Below are positions 52,046 through 64,000 of a stretch of 64,000 nucleotides of DNA, piece by piece. How positions within the stretch are numbered: the stretch's first letter is position 1; every line of letters begins with the position of its first letter. Source of the DNA: Lama guanicoe (lineage: Eukaryota). A model generated the notes under the pieces. It was not told the DNA's origin. It ran no database searches and was given only the letters and a program-made list of their open reading frames with translations. Position numbers and translations under genes: made by a program. Where the stretch lies: contig MU053933.1 of the NCBI GenBank assembly GCA_013239625.1, forward strand, positions 1,304,001 to 1,368,000. The letters are read 5' to 3'.

Positions 52046-53189
52046 GAGCAGGCTGACTAGCAAAGGTGTCTTTCGTCATAATTTCAAAACAATGTTCCAT
52101 GTAGAATGACTGTGGTTTAAACCACCCGGAAAAATGTTAATGAAAGGTTTGAGTCTGCCGGCAGCCTATCTGACCTCATGAAGGCCATGGCTGAATCAAG
52201 GTATGTTTCGGAAAGGGCAGCTGCCTGGGTCACCTCAGGATGTGATCCCAGAGTGACTCTCTTCACCCCTGAATTTACTTCCCCCTTCCCCCTTCCCTCC
52301 CCTTCTCTGCCCCTCCCCTCCCCCTTCCCCTCCTCCTCCCTCTCTCACCAGCTTCTTCTCCCCACTTCTCCCACACATTCACATACACTCCCTTCTCCAA
52401 ACAGTCAACAGTGTCAGGCCCTTCTTGCTCCCTCCCTGTGGTTACAGGTGGTCGTGCAGGTGAGACGTGTGACAGCCCCCACTTTCGTGCCAGCCCCCCA
52501 GGCTGTGGACCCCACAGAAGCAAGCTTGGGCCCCATGCCCAGGAAGCGGCTGCTCTGGTGTGACACTCTGTCCCACAAAGCAGCTTTCCTGACTGTGTCT
52601 CCACCCTGGTCTCCCCCAGCCGAGGGCGGTGAGCTGAGTCCTGGTGGGTTCTCATGCCCGAGGCTCAGGAGAGGGGTGCTGGGGACGCCTGCAGGGCCAG
52701 TGATCATCACACAGCAGAGCGGATCCTTAGTCACCGGCACGATCCTGCTATGGGTTCCTCACCCCGCTTTTACAGCCAGCACCTCCGCCGCACACTCTGA
52801 TACCTCCTTCCCTCCTGGGGCTGTGACACACCCGCAGAATGAACCCAGCTGGACCTCTGGGCAGATGCAGGGTGGGGGCCGGGGACTGGAGGGGAGGCTC
52901 AGGGCCGATGCTCAGAGGCCGATCCTGTGGGCGGCCGCATACGTGGCTGAAACCTTCTTATCCTGACTATGAAATATTACATATCCACCCATAGAGAGTT
53001 TGAAAATGAAGAAAATTATAAAAAAAACAGAAGGAAAAATCGCCAGCCATCCATGCAACACACAGAGAGACACCATCAACGTTTTTGGAATGTTTCCTCC
53101 AAGCCCTGCCTGTTTCTACGCATTTTAAAAACAGAGTTAAATATTTGATGTGGGTGCTCTAACTGTGTTTTCTTAGAGCTTTTTTTGTC

Positions 53190-53560
53190 TGTTCAGCATC
53201 CTTTCACCACAGGGCCAATGGTTCTAACTCGACTTTCTTATGCTCTGTTTTCCTGAATCGTCGGTGCTCTTGGGCCCCCTGATGGGGAGGGACCGCCGCT
53301 CCCAGGGCCACTAGCCCCCAGGTTTCCTTTCATATAATTTTCTTCATCTTTTCCTGCAGAAACCCCATCAAAGCTCTGCCCTTGGCCTTCCCCTAGATGC
53401 CGCTTCTGCCTCCTGACTTAAACCTGCTGCTCCCCCCTGGGGCCCTGCGGAGCACGTGTGCCCCTTCTCTCGGGAGATGCAGGCGGTAAAAGCACCCTCT
53501 CTCAGTGGCCTTGACCTCTCCGTATCCCCGGTCGGCCACACCTGTGTAATCAAACCCCAG
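53190..53560 (+). mobile_element. Probable ERVL-type LTR (MER74/MER54-like)
   Basis: cccatcaaagctctgcccttggccttccc...gcttctgcctcctgact...cacgtgtgccccttctctcggga; more GC-rich block interrupting the L1ME. Confidence 0.4.
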
Positions 53561-53727
53561 GAATGGCTTTCATACTCTTGTGTCCCTTAATATGGAAACA
53601 GGAGCATTTTCCAGCGCCCTTCACGCTCTTTTTAAATGTAATTGGCAGCAAGTGGATATCTTCTCCTACAGATACACCAAAATCTCTCCCTCCTTTGCTG
53701 TATTTGGTTTGCTTCTATTCATTTTTT

Positions 53728-53855
53728 TTTAAGCTGAAGTACAGTTACAATGTGTCAGTCTGGTGCACAGCACAATGTCCCAGTCATGCGTGTACATACA
53801 TATATTCGTTTTCATGTTTTTTCCATTAAAGGTTGTTGCAAGATACTGAACACAG
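53728..53855 (-). mobile_element. Short lineage-specific L1 3' tail with target-site duplication
   Basis: gaagtacagttacaatgtgtcag...cacaatgtcccagtcat...caagatactgaacacag, flanked by tgcttctattcatttttt at 53710-53727 and 53856-53873. Confidence 0.9.
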
Positions 53856-54276
53856 TGCTTCTATTCATTTTTTAATCGCCCTGAGATGAACATTTTTGTG
53901 CATCAGTATCTCTGCATCTTTGGAGATTATTCCTTGGATTAGACAATCAGAAACAGGAGCCCTGGATCAACGGGACATTTTCAAGTGGGGTGTCCATGTG
54001 GAGTCCTCCAAAGGCGCCTGCTTTTATGCACTAATCGTGGCCAGGGCTACTGATGATCAGTTATACAAAATGTCACCAATCTGACGGGGAAAACGCGGTG
54101 CTGTGGTCTGCATTTCTTTGACTACTGGGAAGATTAAACTGTCCTCCGTGTATTTTGTGATCACTGATGTTTGCTTTCTTGAGAATTCCCTGGTTCTGTT
54201 CTTGGCCTAGTTTTCAAATTGGGATCACTGAGAATTTTTTTTACTTGGAGAAGTTGTTTGCATATTAAGGGAATTC

Positions 54277-54728
54277 TTATCAGTCGAATTGTGTTTCTCC
54301 CTAACTTGTGTGTTGAAGCCCAAACCCCCAGTATCTCAGAATGTGCCCTTATCAAGAAATAGCATCATTGCAGAGGTGATTCAGTTAAGACGGAGTCACA
54401 CTGGGGCAAGCGGGCCCTAATCCAACACGACTGGTGTCCTTGTAAAGAGAGGACACTTGGACTCAGGCACATGCACCGAGAGACACCACGCGAAAAGGCA
54501 GGCAGATCAGGCGATGTATCTACAAGCCAAGGAACCCCAAGATTGTCTGCAAACCCGCAGAAGGTGGGGGACAGCCTGGGACGGAGTCTCCCTCATGGCC
54601 TTGGGAGAACCAGCCTGCCCACGCTTTGATTTCGCACTTTTGGTCTCCAGCGCCGAAACCACACATTCCTATTGTTTGAGCCTTTCTGTTTGTGGTGCTT
54701 ACAATGGCAGCCCCAGCAAACAAACACA
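54277..54728 (+). mobile_element. MLT1C-like solo LTR
   Basis: gttgaagcccaaacccccagtatctcagaatgtg; gggccctaatccaacacgactggtgtccttgtaaagagagg; atggcagccccagcaaacaaacaca. Confidence 0.85.
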
Positions 54729-55965
54729 AGGATTAAACCTATGTCTTCAATACTTGCCAACATGGTCTCTGGTTTCCCCATGGAGGGGATGGAAGGCATC
54801 TCTGGTCACCCCTCCCCAGGTGCCATGGTGAGGTTCCTCGGGGCTGGCCCCGCACATCCCCGTCACAGAGGGTGCTGAGCTGCCCGCTCCCTTTCCTCCT
54901 GGACAGGAGCTGCGGGCCATCCTGGAAGGAGCTGAGATCACAGGACACAAACAGCCCTCTGCCCGAGCCCCCCTCCACAGCCCCCGCTGTATCTGTCACC
55001 CCAGCGACGGGAGGAGAGCCACCGTCTGGGGGCCCCCAGCTGCAGGATTGGACAGTCCCACCAGAGAGGGAGCTCAGATAAGAGCTGCATATGTCCAGTT
55101 GTAGCAAAGAGTCAAAGACTGAACCGCCTTTCCTCAGCGGGGGGCAGAGTCACTGCATACTGACTAAGGGCCCCCGAACAGCACTTCGGAGTGTGTGCCA
55201 CGACACAAAACACGTGTGAGTGTGCCGTTTGTTCAAAGAGTTAATTTGGAGCAAAATGATTATTTTGGAAAAGATCCTGGTGTCCGAGGCAAACCATGGT
55301 GGGCAGGCAGCCCCTGGGGGGACACACTGTTCCAGGTGACATGGAGTGTCAGGACCACCCCCGGCCCGCAGCAGACCTTGCAAACCAGAGGAGCGGGGCC
55401 TCAAGAAGCCCCAGCCCAGGCACATGGCCTTGAGGGCCCTGGTGAGGGAGGCTCTGCCCACACCCAGGCCCCGCGAGGGCTGTCTGGGGGCTGGAGAGCG
55501 CGCCTGCTGACCTGGCCGTAACGCACAGGTGCTGCCCCGGGCAGGAGTGCCTACGACAGGCCCGGGCCCGCCCCTGGGGCCCACTTCAAAGCCACACGCT
55601 GGCACCGAGGGACGCTGCAGGACGCCGTGATCGGAGCCGTCTGGCTGCTACTCCTGCGTGTGTACACCACGCCACCCCCAGCCCGCCAGCAGAGCCCAGC
55701 GGGCTGCCCCTCAGGGAAGCGTGAAGGAAGCACTCCTGTCCCGGCCCCAGGGGGACAGGCCACGCAGCAGCCAGGAGGCCGGTCTGCCCTCGCCTCCCAT
55801 TGCCAGCAGGAGGTGGCCAGCAGGGAGGATGGAGCTGCTGGGGCTCGAGCAGATGTGGGCAACAGAGGAGCTGGAGGGCAGGCTGGCTTCTGTGCCCTGC
55901 CGAGGTCCACGATCGCAGACTGACCCGCGTGCCTTTAAAAAATCCAACTTTCAGTATTTCTGTTT

Positions 55966-56198
55966 CAGTTTGAGATTTGCAAAGGTTAACCACTATATAG
56001 AAAAACAGATTAAAAAGCAGATTTCTTCTGTGTAGCACAGGGAACTATATTCAATATCTTGTAATAACATTTAATGAAAAAATATGAAAATGAATATATG
56101 TATATATATGTATGACTGGGACATTGTGCTATATGCCAGAAACTGACACACTGTAACTGACTATACTTCAATAAAATAAAGTAAAATAAAATAAAAAA
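55966..56198 (+). mobile_element. Lineage-specific (camelid-type) L1 3' UTR tail
   Basis: tagcacagggaactatattcaatatcttgtaataac...gtatgactgggacattgtgct...ccagaaactgacacactgtaactgactatacttcaataaaataaa; same family as 53728-53855, opposite orientation. Confidence 0.9.
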
Positions 56199-57799
56199 TG
56201 TTTTTATTTCGAACACCAGTGCATCCTGACAGCAGATTATGTGCTGGAATCTGATTTTAATGTTTCTTTGTTGAGACCTTGGGATGGCAGGGCTTGAAAG
56301 CGCCTCCAGAAACCTCTCTCTCTAGGTCCTGACTTGCTTGTTCTCTGCTCAGAGGCCTCTCCTCTGCCTCCCATCAGCTCCATGCTGCTCCGTGAACAGA
56401 AGGCCCTTCTTTCCTGGTCCTCCCTGACGCTCAGATGCATGGCGTCCTCCACCACGGACAGACAGATCCCACAGCGGAGTCTGGGTGCAGGGGGCCCGAC
56501 CTCCTGCACCGACTCTCCCTGGTCGCTGGGCACACCCTTTGACGGGCCAGCCAGGGTTGATGCCACTTTTGGAATTTGCCAATGCCTTGGAGTCTGGAAC
56601 TGTCTGGCTATAGCTCAGCAGTGCTTGCCTCTAAGAAGCCAAACTCGGACTCTGCACCTTAAACACAGTGAACGAGCAGAGCAAATCTTGAATATGAAGA
56701 TCCATCTTCCAGCAGGTTCGCCAGGTACCTGTGCCTCTCCTGGCCCAAAGCGGCAGACACTGGGGGTCCCCTCACAAGTTGGAGTCTATATCCCAAATAA
56801 ATGAGCTGCAACACTAACCAGGCACTATTAATTAAGCACACACACAGTTTACTGATTTTAAAAATAATCCACTTAAAAAGAAATTAGGTGATGTCACTAA
56901 GAGGGCAGACTAGGAGGTCCCAATGCTCATCTCCCCACAGAAACAACAAAAACAATGGATAAACAACTATGTACAGATGAAAACAGCTCTGGGAGAGCGC
57001 CACAGCACAATAAAGAAGCTGCCAAAACCCAGACGTGCACAAAAACAGGACGGCTGTGTAGACAATCACAGCAAGCAATTCACCTGCATCACCTCATCCC
57101 CAAGTCCAGCACACCTCTGTTCCAAGGGGACCCCTTGGCACGACCCCCTCCTGTGAGGGAAGGACAGCAGGAGATCCTGGAAGCCCTTATCACCACTGCC
57201 GACACCTGCAGCTTTCACTGCCAAGGGCCCCCTCCCCAGCCTCAAGCCTTCACCATGGGGCACCAGCTGGCAAAAGTGCCTGGGGTCTACACCGCTGCCA
57301 CCCACCCCAACGCAACCCCACAGCGCTGCTGCACCACCACCAAAAAAGGAGCCACCACGTCCTACTACCCCAGGGCTGAGCCTCCACGTCCCCTGTGAAT
57401 GCACACCCTGGCACCCACACCACAGCTGCTGCCCCAACCTGTGCCTCAGACTTGGGTGCCACTGCTGCTGTGTGTGTGCCCACCTGCTGGGCCCGGCAAA
57501 GGGAGAGCGCCCCTTGGCCACAGCTTCCCCACAGGAGGACAGGGGAGCAGGAGGATCCAGCAGCCTTCACCACCGTGGACCCTTGTAGCCCTGGTGGACA
57601 CTGGCCTCAGTGGCTGCAGAGCCGCAGAGCCTCCACTGCTGTGCCCTCCAGGAAGCTGGCATCAGCACAGCCCACACAGCTGGCGCCCTCACACCAGCCT
57701 GTAGGTGAAGGTCCTTCCCCACCAACGCTGGTCTGTAAAGTCTGGAGGAGGTGACTTCTCCCTCAAATACACAGACATCGACACAAGCCTGTAAGAAAC

Positions 57800-58737
57800 A
57801 TGAGCAATCAAGGAAGCATGATGCCACCAAGGAGCGCGGTCAGTTCTAGTAACTGTCCCCCAAGCAATGGAGGCCCACAAAGTGTCTGACAAAGACTTTA
57901 CAGTAATTGCTTTAAGAAATCTCAGGAAGTTACCAAAGAACACAGTGAGACAACTTGATGTTATCCAAATGATACATGAACAAATGAGACTTTCAACAAA
58001 GAGATAGAAATCATGAAAAAGTACCAAAGAGAAGTCCTGGAGTTCAAGGACACAACACCGGGAATGAAACAGGCAGTAAAGACCTTCCACAGCAGACCCA
58101 GCCAGGCCGCAGAAGGGTGCCGCAAGCTCGGAGACAGGTCTTTTGAAATTATCCAGCCAGGCAAAAAAAAAGAAAAGAATAGAAAAGATCAAAAAGGCCT
58201 GCAGGATTGAAGGGACACAAAAGAGAACTAACACACGCACATGGAAGTCCCAGAAGGAGGAGAGAGAAAGAAAGGGGCAAAAAGCATGTTCAAAGAAATA
58301 ATGGCTGGAAGCTTCCCCGGTCGTGGGAGGGGAGTGGACATCCAGATTTATGATGTTCAAATGTCCCCATCAGGACCAACTAAAGGAGACCACTCCAAGA
58401 CACATTATAAGCAAATGATCAGAAGTCAAGATTAAAGGGAGAATTTTGAAAACAGCAAGATAAAACCGCACATCACGTGCATGAGAATCCTTGTATACAA
58501 CCAGCAGTGGATTTCTCAGCAGAAACTTTGCAGACCGGGAGAGACTGGAAGGGTCCACTCAAAGCACCGAAAGGCAAAGTGTTAACCAAGAACATAATGC
58601 CGGGAAAATGATCCTCTAAAAAAGGAGACAGATAATTTTTCCCAGACCAACAAAAACTGAAATAGTTTATCACTACTAGACCTGCGTTATAAGAAATGCT
58701 TAAGGGAGTTCTTCAAGTTGAAATGAAAATACACTAA
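57800..58737 (+). pseudogene. Disrupted L1 ORF1p (RNA-binding chaperone)
   Basis: Fragments MKKYQREVLEFKDT...LGDRSFEIIQ and EVPEGGERKKGAKSMFKEIMA...DIQI resemble the L1 ORF1p coiled-coil/RRM; multiple stops and frameshifts. Confidence 0.85.
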
Positions 58738-59206
58738 ACAGCAATGTGAAGCCACAGGGAAGCATAAATCTCACAGCTTTGTAAAGGTAAATATATATAC
58801 ATCAATGTAACACTGTAAAGGTGGTGCATTAATTACTTTTAGCCTAATATAAAAGTCAAAACATAAAAATTGGTTAATGGATACAGAATATAAAAAGAAG
58901 CAAACTCAGCCTATAAGAAACAAGGGGTGTGTGTGTGTGTGTGTTGGGAGAGCAAAAAGATAGCTTTTATTTGTGTATGCAATTGAAGTTAAGTTGTTAT
59001 CAACTCAAAATAGAGGGCTATAACTAGGAGATATTTATGCAGGCCTCAAGCCAACCCCAAAGAAAAAATCCTACAATGGATACACAAAAGATAAAGAGAA
59101 AAAAACAGAGCAAATCACTACAAAAACATCATATAACAAAGGAGGCTAGCAAGAGAGGAAGAGAGCGACAGAACAACTGCAAGATGAACAGAAAACAATG
59201 CGCAAA

Positions 59207-62200
59207 GTGGCAACTGTAAGTCTTCATCAATCAATAACTACCCTCAATATAAACAGATTAAACTCACCAGTAAAAAGGCATATAGTGGCTGAATGGATTA
59301 AAATAAAAAACAAGATCCAGCAATATGCTGTCTACAAAAGACTCACTTTGAAATTAAAGACACACATAGCCTAAAGTGAAGGGATGGGAAAAAAATATTT
59401 TATGCAAATGGTAACCAAAGGAGAGCAGGGGTGACTACACTTGCCTCAGACAAAATAGACTTTAAGCTTAAAATAGTCTCTAGAGACAAAGATTAGTATA
59501 CAACAAGAAAAGAGTAAATTCAAGAGAAAGATGTAACACTTAAAAACATACGCACCCAACATCAGAGCAGCTAAATCTATAAGGCAAAGATTGACAGATC
59601 CAAAGACAGAAACAGGCAGCAATACAATAACAGTAGGGGACATCAACATCACACTTACAATGATGGATGGGAAATCCAGGCAGAAAATCAATAAAGAAAC
59701 AACTGACTTGAACAACACTATGGACCAAACGGGCCTGACACATACAGAATTTTCCACTCAATAGCAGAAGACTACATACTCTCAAGTGCACATAGAACAT
59801 TCTTCAGGATAGATCATACTTTAGGTCACAAAACACTCCTTAACAAATTTAAGAAGATCAACATCATTCCCAGTATCTTTTCTGACCACAGTTTCATTCA
59901 AACTGTAAATCAATAACAGCAAGAATTGGGAAAAATTCACTAATATGTGGAAACTAAACAACACACTCTTGACCAGCCATTGGGTCAAAGAAAAAATCAA
60001 AAAGGAATTCTAAAAGTGTCTTAAGACAAACAAAAGTGAAAACAAAACATACTAAAATATATGGGATACAGCAAAAGCAGTAATAAGAGGGAAGTTTACA
60101 GAAATAAACACATAAATTAAAAAAGAAGAAAGATCTCAAATAAACAACCTAAATTTACACCTCAACAAACTAGAAAACAAAGACCAAACAAACCCAATGT
60201 TAATGGAAGGAAAGAAATAACAAATATTAGAGAAAAAAATAAATCAAATAGAGGACAAAAATAGAAATAAAATCAACAAAACTAAAAGCTGGATTTTTTA
60301 AAGAATAAACAAAAATGACAAACTCTTAGCTAAGACTAAGAAAAGGAGAGAGAGAGGGCTCAAATAAGTAAAATCTGAAGTGGAAGAGGAAACATTACAA
60401 TAGATGCCTCAGAAATAAAAGAGATCGTAAAAGACTATTATGCACAATTATACACCAGCAACTGAATAACCTGGAACAAATCGATATAGTCCTAGAAACA
60501 TACACCCTACAAAAGCTGAGTCAGGAAGAAATGGAAAGCCTGAACAGACTGACAAAAAACAAAGAGACTGAATTAGTGATCAAAATCTCCCAACAAAGAA
60601 CAGCCAAGGACCTGATGGCTTCACAGGTGAATTCTACCAAAAATTCAGAAAGAGTTAATACCAATATTCTTAAACTGTTCTTAAAAAATAGAAGAGAGAA
60701 GACCTTCAAACTCATTTTATTAGGCTAGAATCACCCTGATACCAAAACCAGGCAAAGCACTATAAGAAAATTACAGGCTAGTATCCATGATGAACATGGA
60801 TGCTAAAACTCTTAACAAAATACTAGCAAACCAAATTCAGCAGTATATTAAAAGGATCAGACACTGTGATCAGTGTGTCTTGGGATCTATCCCAGGTATG
60901 CAAGGGTTCAACACATACAAATCAAAGTGATACTACTTGGTAACAAAATGAAAGAAAAAAGCCACACAATCACCCCAATAGACTCAGAAAAAGCACTTGA
61001 CAAATTTCAACATTCATTCATGACTAAAACACTCAGTAATATAGGTACAGATGATCTCACCTCCACACAATGAGGGCCCTATAGGAAAGCCCGCAACCAG
61101 CATCATAATCAAGGAGGAAAAACCTAACGCTTTTCCTCTGAGATCTGGTACAGCACATAGATGCCCGCTCTTGCTGCCTTGTTTCAACATACAACTAGAA
61201 GTCCTAGCTAGAGCAACTAGACGAGAAAAAGATGTAAAAGACATATCAGAAGGGAAGAAGTAAAATTGTCTCTATTTGCAAATGACAAGGTCATGTATGT
61301 GGGAAACGCCAAAGACTCGACACAGAAAAACCATTAGAACTAATAAGCAAATTCCATAAAGTTTCAGGATACAAACTCAACATACAAAACCCAGTTGCAT
61401 TTTTATACACGATGAATAACCCAGAAAGGAGATTAAGGAAACAATCCCATTCACAAAAGCAGCAAAAAGAGTGACATGCTTGGGACTAAGCTTAACCAAA
61501 AACGGGAAAGACTTGTACAATGAAAATTACAAAATGCTGATGAAGGACATTTAAGAAGACATGGCTAAATGGAAAGACATCTTATGTTCATGGATTAGAA
61601 GGATTCATTAAAATTGGTAAAATATTTGTACTACCTAAAGTGATCTACAAATTGAATGCAATAGCTATCAAAATCCCCATCGTATTCTTTACAGAAATGG
61701 AAAAAAAAATCCTAAAATTCAAATGGAGCCACCAAAGACCCTGCGTAGCCAAAGCAATCTTAAGTAAGAACACAGCTGGAAGCACCACAAATTTCTGATT
61801 TCAAAATGTATTACAAAGCGACAGTCATCAAAACAAGATGGCACTGGCATAAAAAGAGACGATATAGACCAACAGAACAGAATAGAGAGCCCAGAAGTAA
61901 ATCCATGCACATATGATCAACTGATTGTCAAAAAGAGAGCCAAGAACACCAAATGGGGAAAGGGCAGTTTCTTCAGTAACAGGTGTTGGGAGAACGGGAC
62001 GACCTCACACAGAAGAATAAGATTGGACCCTTATCTCACATCATATACGAAAACCAACTCAAAATGGATTAAAGACTTAAATGTAGGACTTGAAACTATA
62101 AAATTACTAGAAGGAAACATAGGGGAAAGTCTCCTTGACACTGGTCTGAGCGATGATTTTTTTTAATATGACACCAAAACCTTAGGCAGCAAAAACAAAA

Positions 62201-62835
62201 ATAGAAAAATGGGGTTACATCAAACTGAAAGGCTTCTACACAGCAAAGGAGACCATCAACAGAGTGAAAAGTCAACCTAAAGAAGGAGAAAGAGTATTTG
62301 CAGACTATACGTCTGGTAAGGGATTCATATCCCAAATGTACATGGAACCCATACAACACAGCAGCAAAAACCCACCTGATTTTAAAATGAACAGAGGACC
62401 TGAGCAGGCATTTCTCCAAAGAAGACAGACAGATGGCCAACAGATACAAGGCAAGGTGCTCAAAGTCACTAATCATCAGGGAAAAGCAAACCCAAACCAC
62501 AATGACATATCACGTCACTCATTAGAATGGCTATTGTCAGTGAGACAAAACACAACGCATGTTGGTGAAGACTGGAGGAAAAAAGAACTCCTTTACACTG
62601 CTGGTGGGAAATTGTTACAGTGTTATGGAAAATGGCATGGAGTTAACTCAAAAAATTAAAACTAGAACTATTTTATGATCTAGCAATCCCACCTTTAGGT
62701 ATATATTGAAAGGAAATGAAATCAGATCTCAAGAGATATCTTTAGGCCCACGTTCACTGCAGCATTATTCATAATAGCCAAAATACAGACACAACCTACA
62801 TGTCCACTGAAGGAGGAATGGATAAAGAAACTGTG
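59207..62835 (+). pseudogene. Disrupted L1 ORF2p (endonuclease/reverse transcriptase)
   Basis: EN start ...SITTLNINRLNSPVKRHIVAEWI; RT blocks PIDSEKALDKFQHSFMTKTL and AFPLRSGTAHRCPLLLPCFNIQLEVLARA; catalytic FADD decayed to FAND near 61275; ends near EWIKKL; many stops. Confidence 0.92.
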
Positions 62836-63129
62836 AGATAAATATAGATATATATATGAATATTGTATGCTATTAAATTTTCTTCTTTAAAAAAAGAGAA
62901 ATACTATGTGATCTCACTTATACGTGGGATCTAACATAGCAGAGCTAATAAAAGGGAAGAGTAGAATGGAGGTAGCCAGGGGCTGGGGGAGGGGAGGACA
63001 GAGAGGTTGGTGCGAAGTTTCAGTTACAAAAGATGCGTAGGTCCTGGTGCACAGCAACGTGACTGTGACATATGTTAGTACGTGCCTGAAATTTCTAGGA
63101 GGTGGATCTCAAATGTTCACACCACATGC

Positions 63130-63196
63130 AAGGAAGGAAGGAAGGAAGAGGAAAGGGTGATGAAAGGAAGGAAGGAGGGAAGGAAGGAAGGGAAAG

Positions 63197-63258
<62 letters not shown>

Positions 63259-63305
63259 GAAGGAAGGAAGGAAGGAAGGAAGGAAGGAAGGAAGGAAGGA
63301 AGAAA

Positions 63306-63347
<42 letters not shown>

Positions 63348-63405
63348 AAAGAAAAGAAAAGAAAAGAAAAGAAAGAAAGAGGAAGGAAGGAAGAAAGGGA
63401 GAGAG
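63130..63405. repeat. Compound (GGAA)n/(GAAA)n/(GAAAA)n polypurine microsatellite
   Basis: About 275 bp almost entirely A/G, embedded in the L1 3' UTR. Confidence 0.95.
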
Positions 63406-64000
63406 AAAACAAGCCAGCCTATCTGAGGTGGTGGATGTGTTGACTAGCTTGATCAGAGTCCATCCTTCATGATGTATAGGTACATTAAATTATTAACTTG
63501 TACTCTGTAAATATACGTAGCTTCTAATTGTCAAATATTCCTTCATTTAAAAAAGAAACCAGCAGTGGCTTGGCCTTGTACCCAAAGCGGGATCCCTGCT
63601 GAACCCCTGCTGCCTCTGAGAAGGAAGCCTCCTCCCACCCACACGGAGAAGCGGGTCGTAAACCTGCCAGCTCCTGAGCCTGCCAACCAGCGCACTCGGG
63701 TGTGCGGCGGGGCTCGCGCCGTGCCCACAGGAGGACGGGGCGTCGCTGCGGCTGACGCTGGGCACGTTGTTTCCCTCCTGCCCATCCCGCCGCTGGAGGA
63801 ATGGCCCCACGTCAGCGAGGGAGATGCGCGCTGTCTCCTCTCCGGATCTGAGCAGTCTCCTTTCTAGCTTAGCCTCAGTACTGAGCACTGACGTCTTCCA
63901 TCCCAGGCACCGAGGTTTTCCAAAAACAGACGCGTCTGTCTTCATGGCCTCCGGTGGCAAGCGTTCGAGCTCTGCTTCACAGATGGAAAAGGCAGAGAGG

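Larger units (their letters stand above)
52965..54276 (-). mobile_element. Old L1ME-like fragments interrupted by younger insertions
   Basis: tttgaaaatgaagaaaattata...cagagagacaccatcaacgttttt; gatgaacatttttgtgcat; tgcatttctttgactact; tgcatattaaggg. Confidence 0.55.
56884..63549 (+). mobile_element. Near full-length, inactive L1 (L1MA-like 3' end), about 6.7 kb
   Basis: GC-richer 5' UTR (about 56.9-57.8 kb), ORF1 and ORF2 remnants in order, 3' UTR ending ...ttgtcaaatattccttcatttaaaaaa; candidate TSD aaaaagaaa at 56875-56883 and 63550-63558. Confidence 0.95.

Noticed and set aside
1..56800. Hundreds of 60-340 aa ORFs (e.g. 23630-24664, 40576-41517, 14471-15334, 43798-44643)
   Set aside because: They are Pro/Gly/Ala/Arg/Ser-rich, overlap on both strands, often run through LTRs and show no recognisable domain. 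This is expected from stop-codon scarcity in GC-rich DNA. Small spliced exons cannot be excluded by eye.
59207..62835. Reverse transcriptase as a possible novel RT-based system or active element
   Set aside because: Ordinary L1 ORF2 with many stops and frameshifts and a mutated catalytic motif
63082..63443. Lys/Glu/Arg-rich and Phe/Leu/Ser-rich ORFs
   Set aside because: Translations of the (GAAA/GGAA)n microsatellite

Overview
This is eukaryotic DNA from a placental mammal, not microbial DNA. It is a GC-rich intergenic or deep-intronic region. I can support no intact protein-coding exon, RNA gene or CRISPR array, and the many ORFs in the track are what GC-rich non-coding DNA produces by chance. 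Transposon relics are scattered throughout: about 11 MLT1 (ERVL-MaLR) solo LTRs, a MER21-like LTR, an ERV1-like LTR, MER20 and MER58 hAT elements, MIR/L2 fragments and old L1M fragments. There is also a 5'-truncated L1 (26.9-28.6 kb) and a near full-length decayed L1 (56.9-63.5 kb). Three short L1 3' tails of cetartiodactyl type suggest a camelid host, as does the absence of Alu, B1, Bov or PRE SINEs (inference). The best non-repeat signals are regulatory: a 14/15 match to the SOX-OCT composite motif at 10731-10745, AT-rich motif-dense islands (7.8-8.2 kb, 17.5-18.0 kb) and a small orphan CpG island at 51.7-52.0 kb. Old repeats appear shifted toward G/C, suggesting GC-biased gene conversion. 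Repeat subfamily names come from recalled consensus sequences and boundaries are approximate; RepeatMasker/Dfam confirmation is needed. I found no evidence for a novel biological system.
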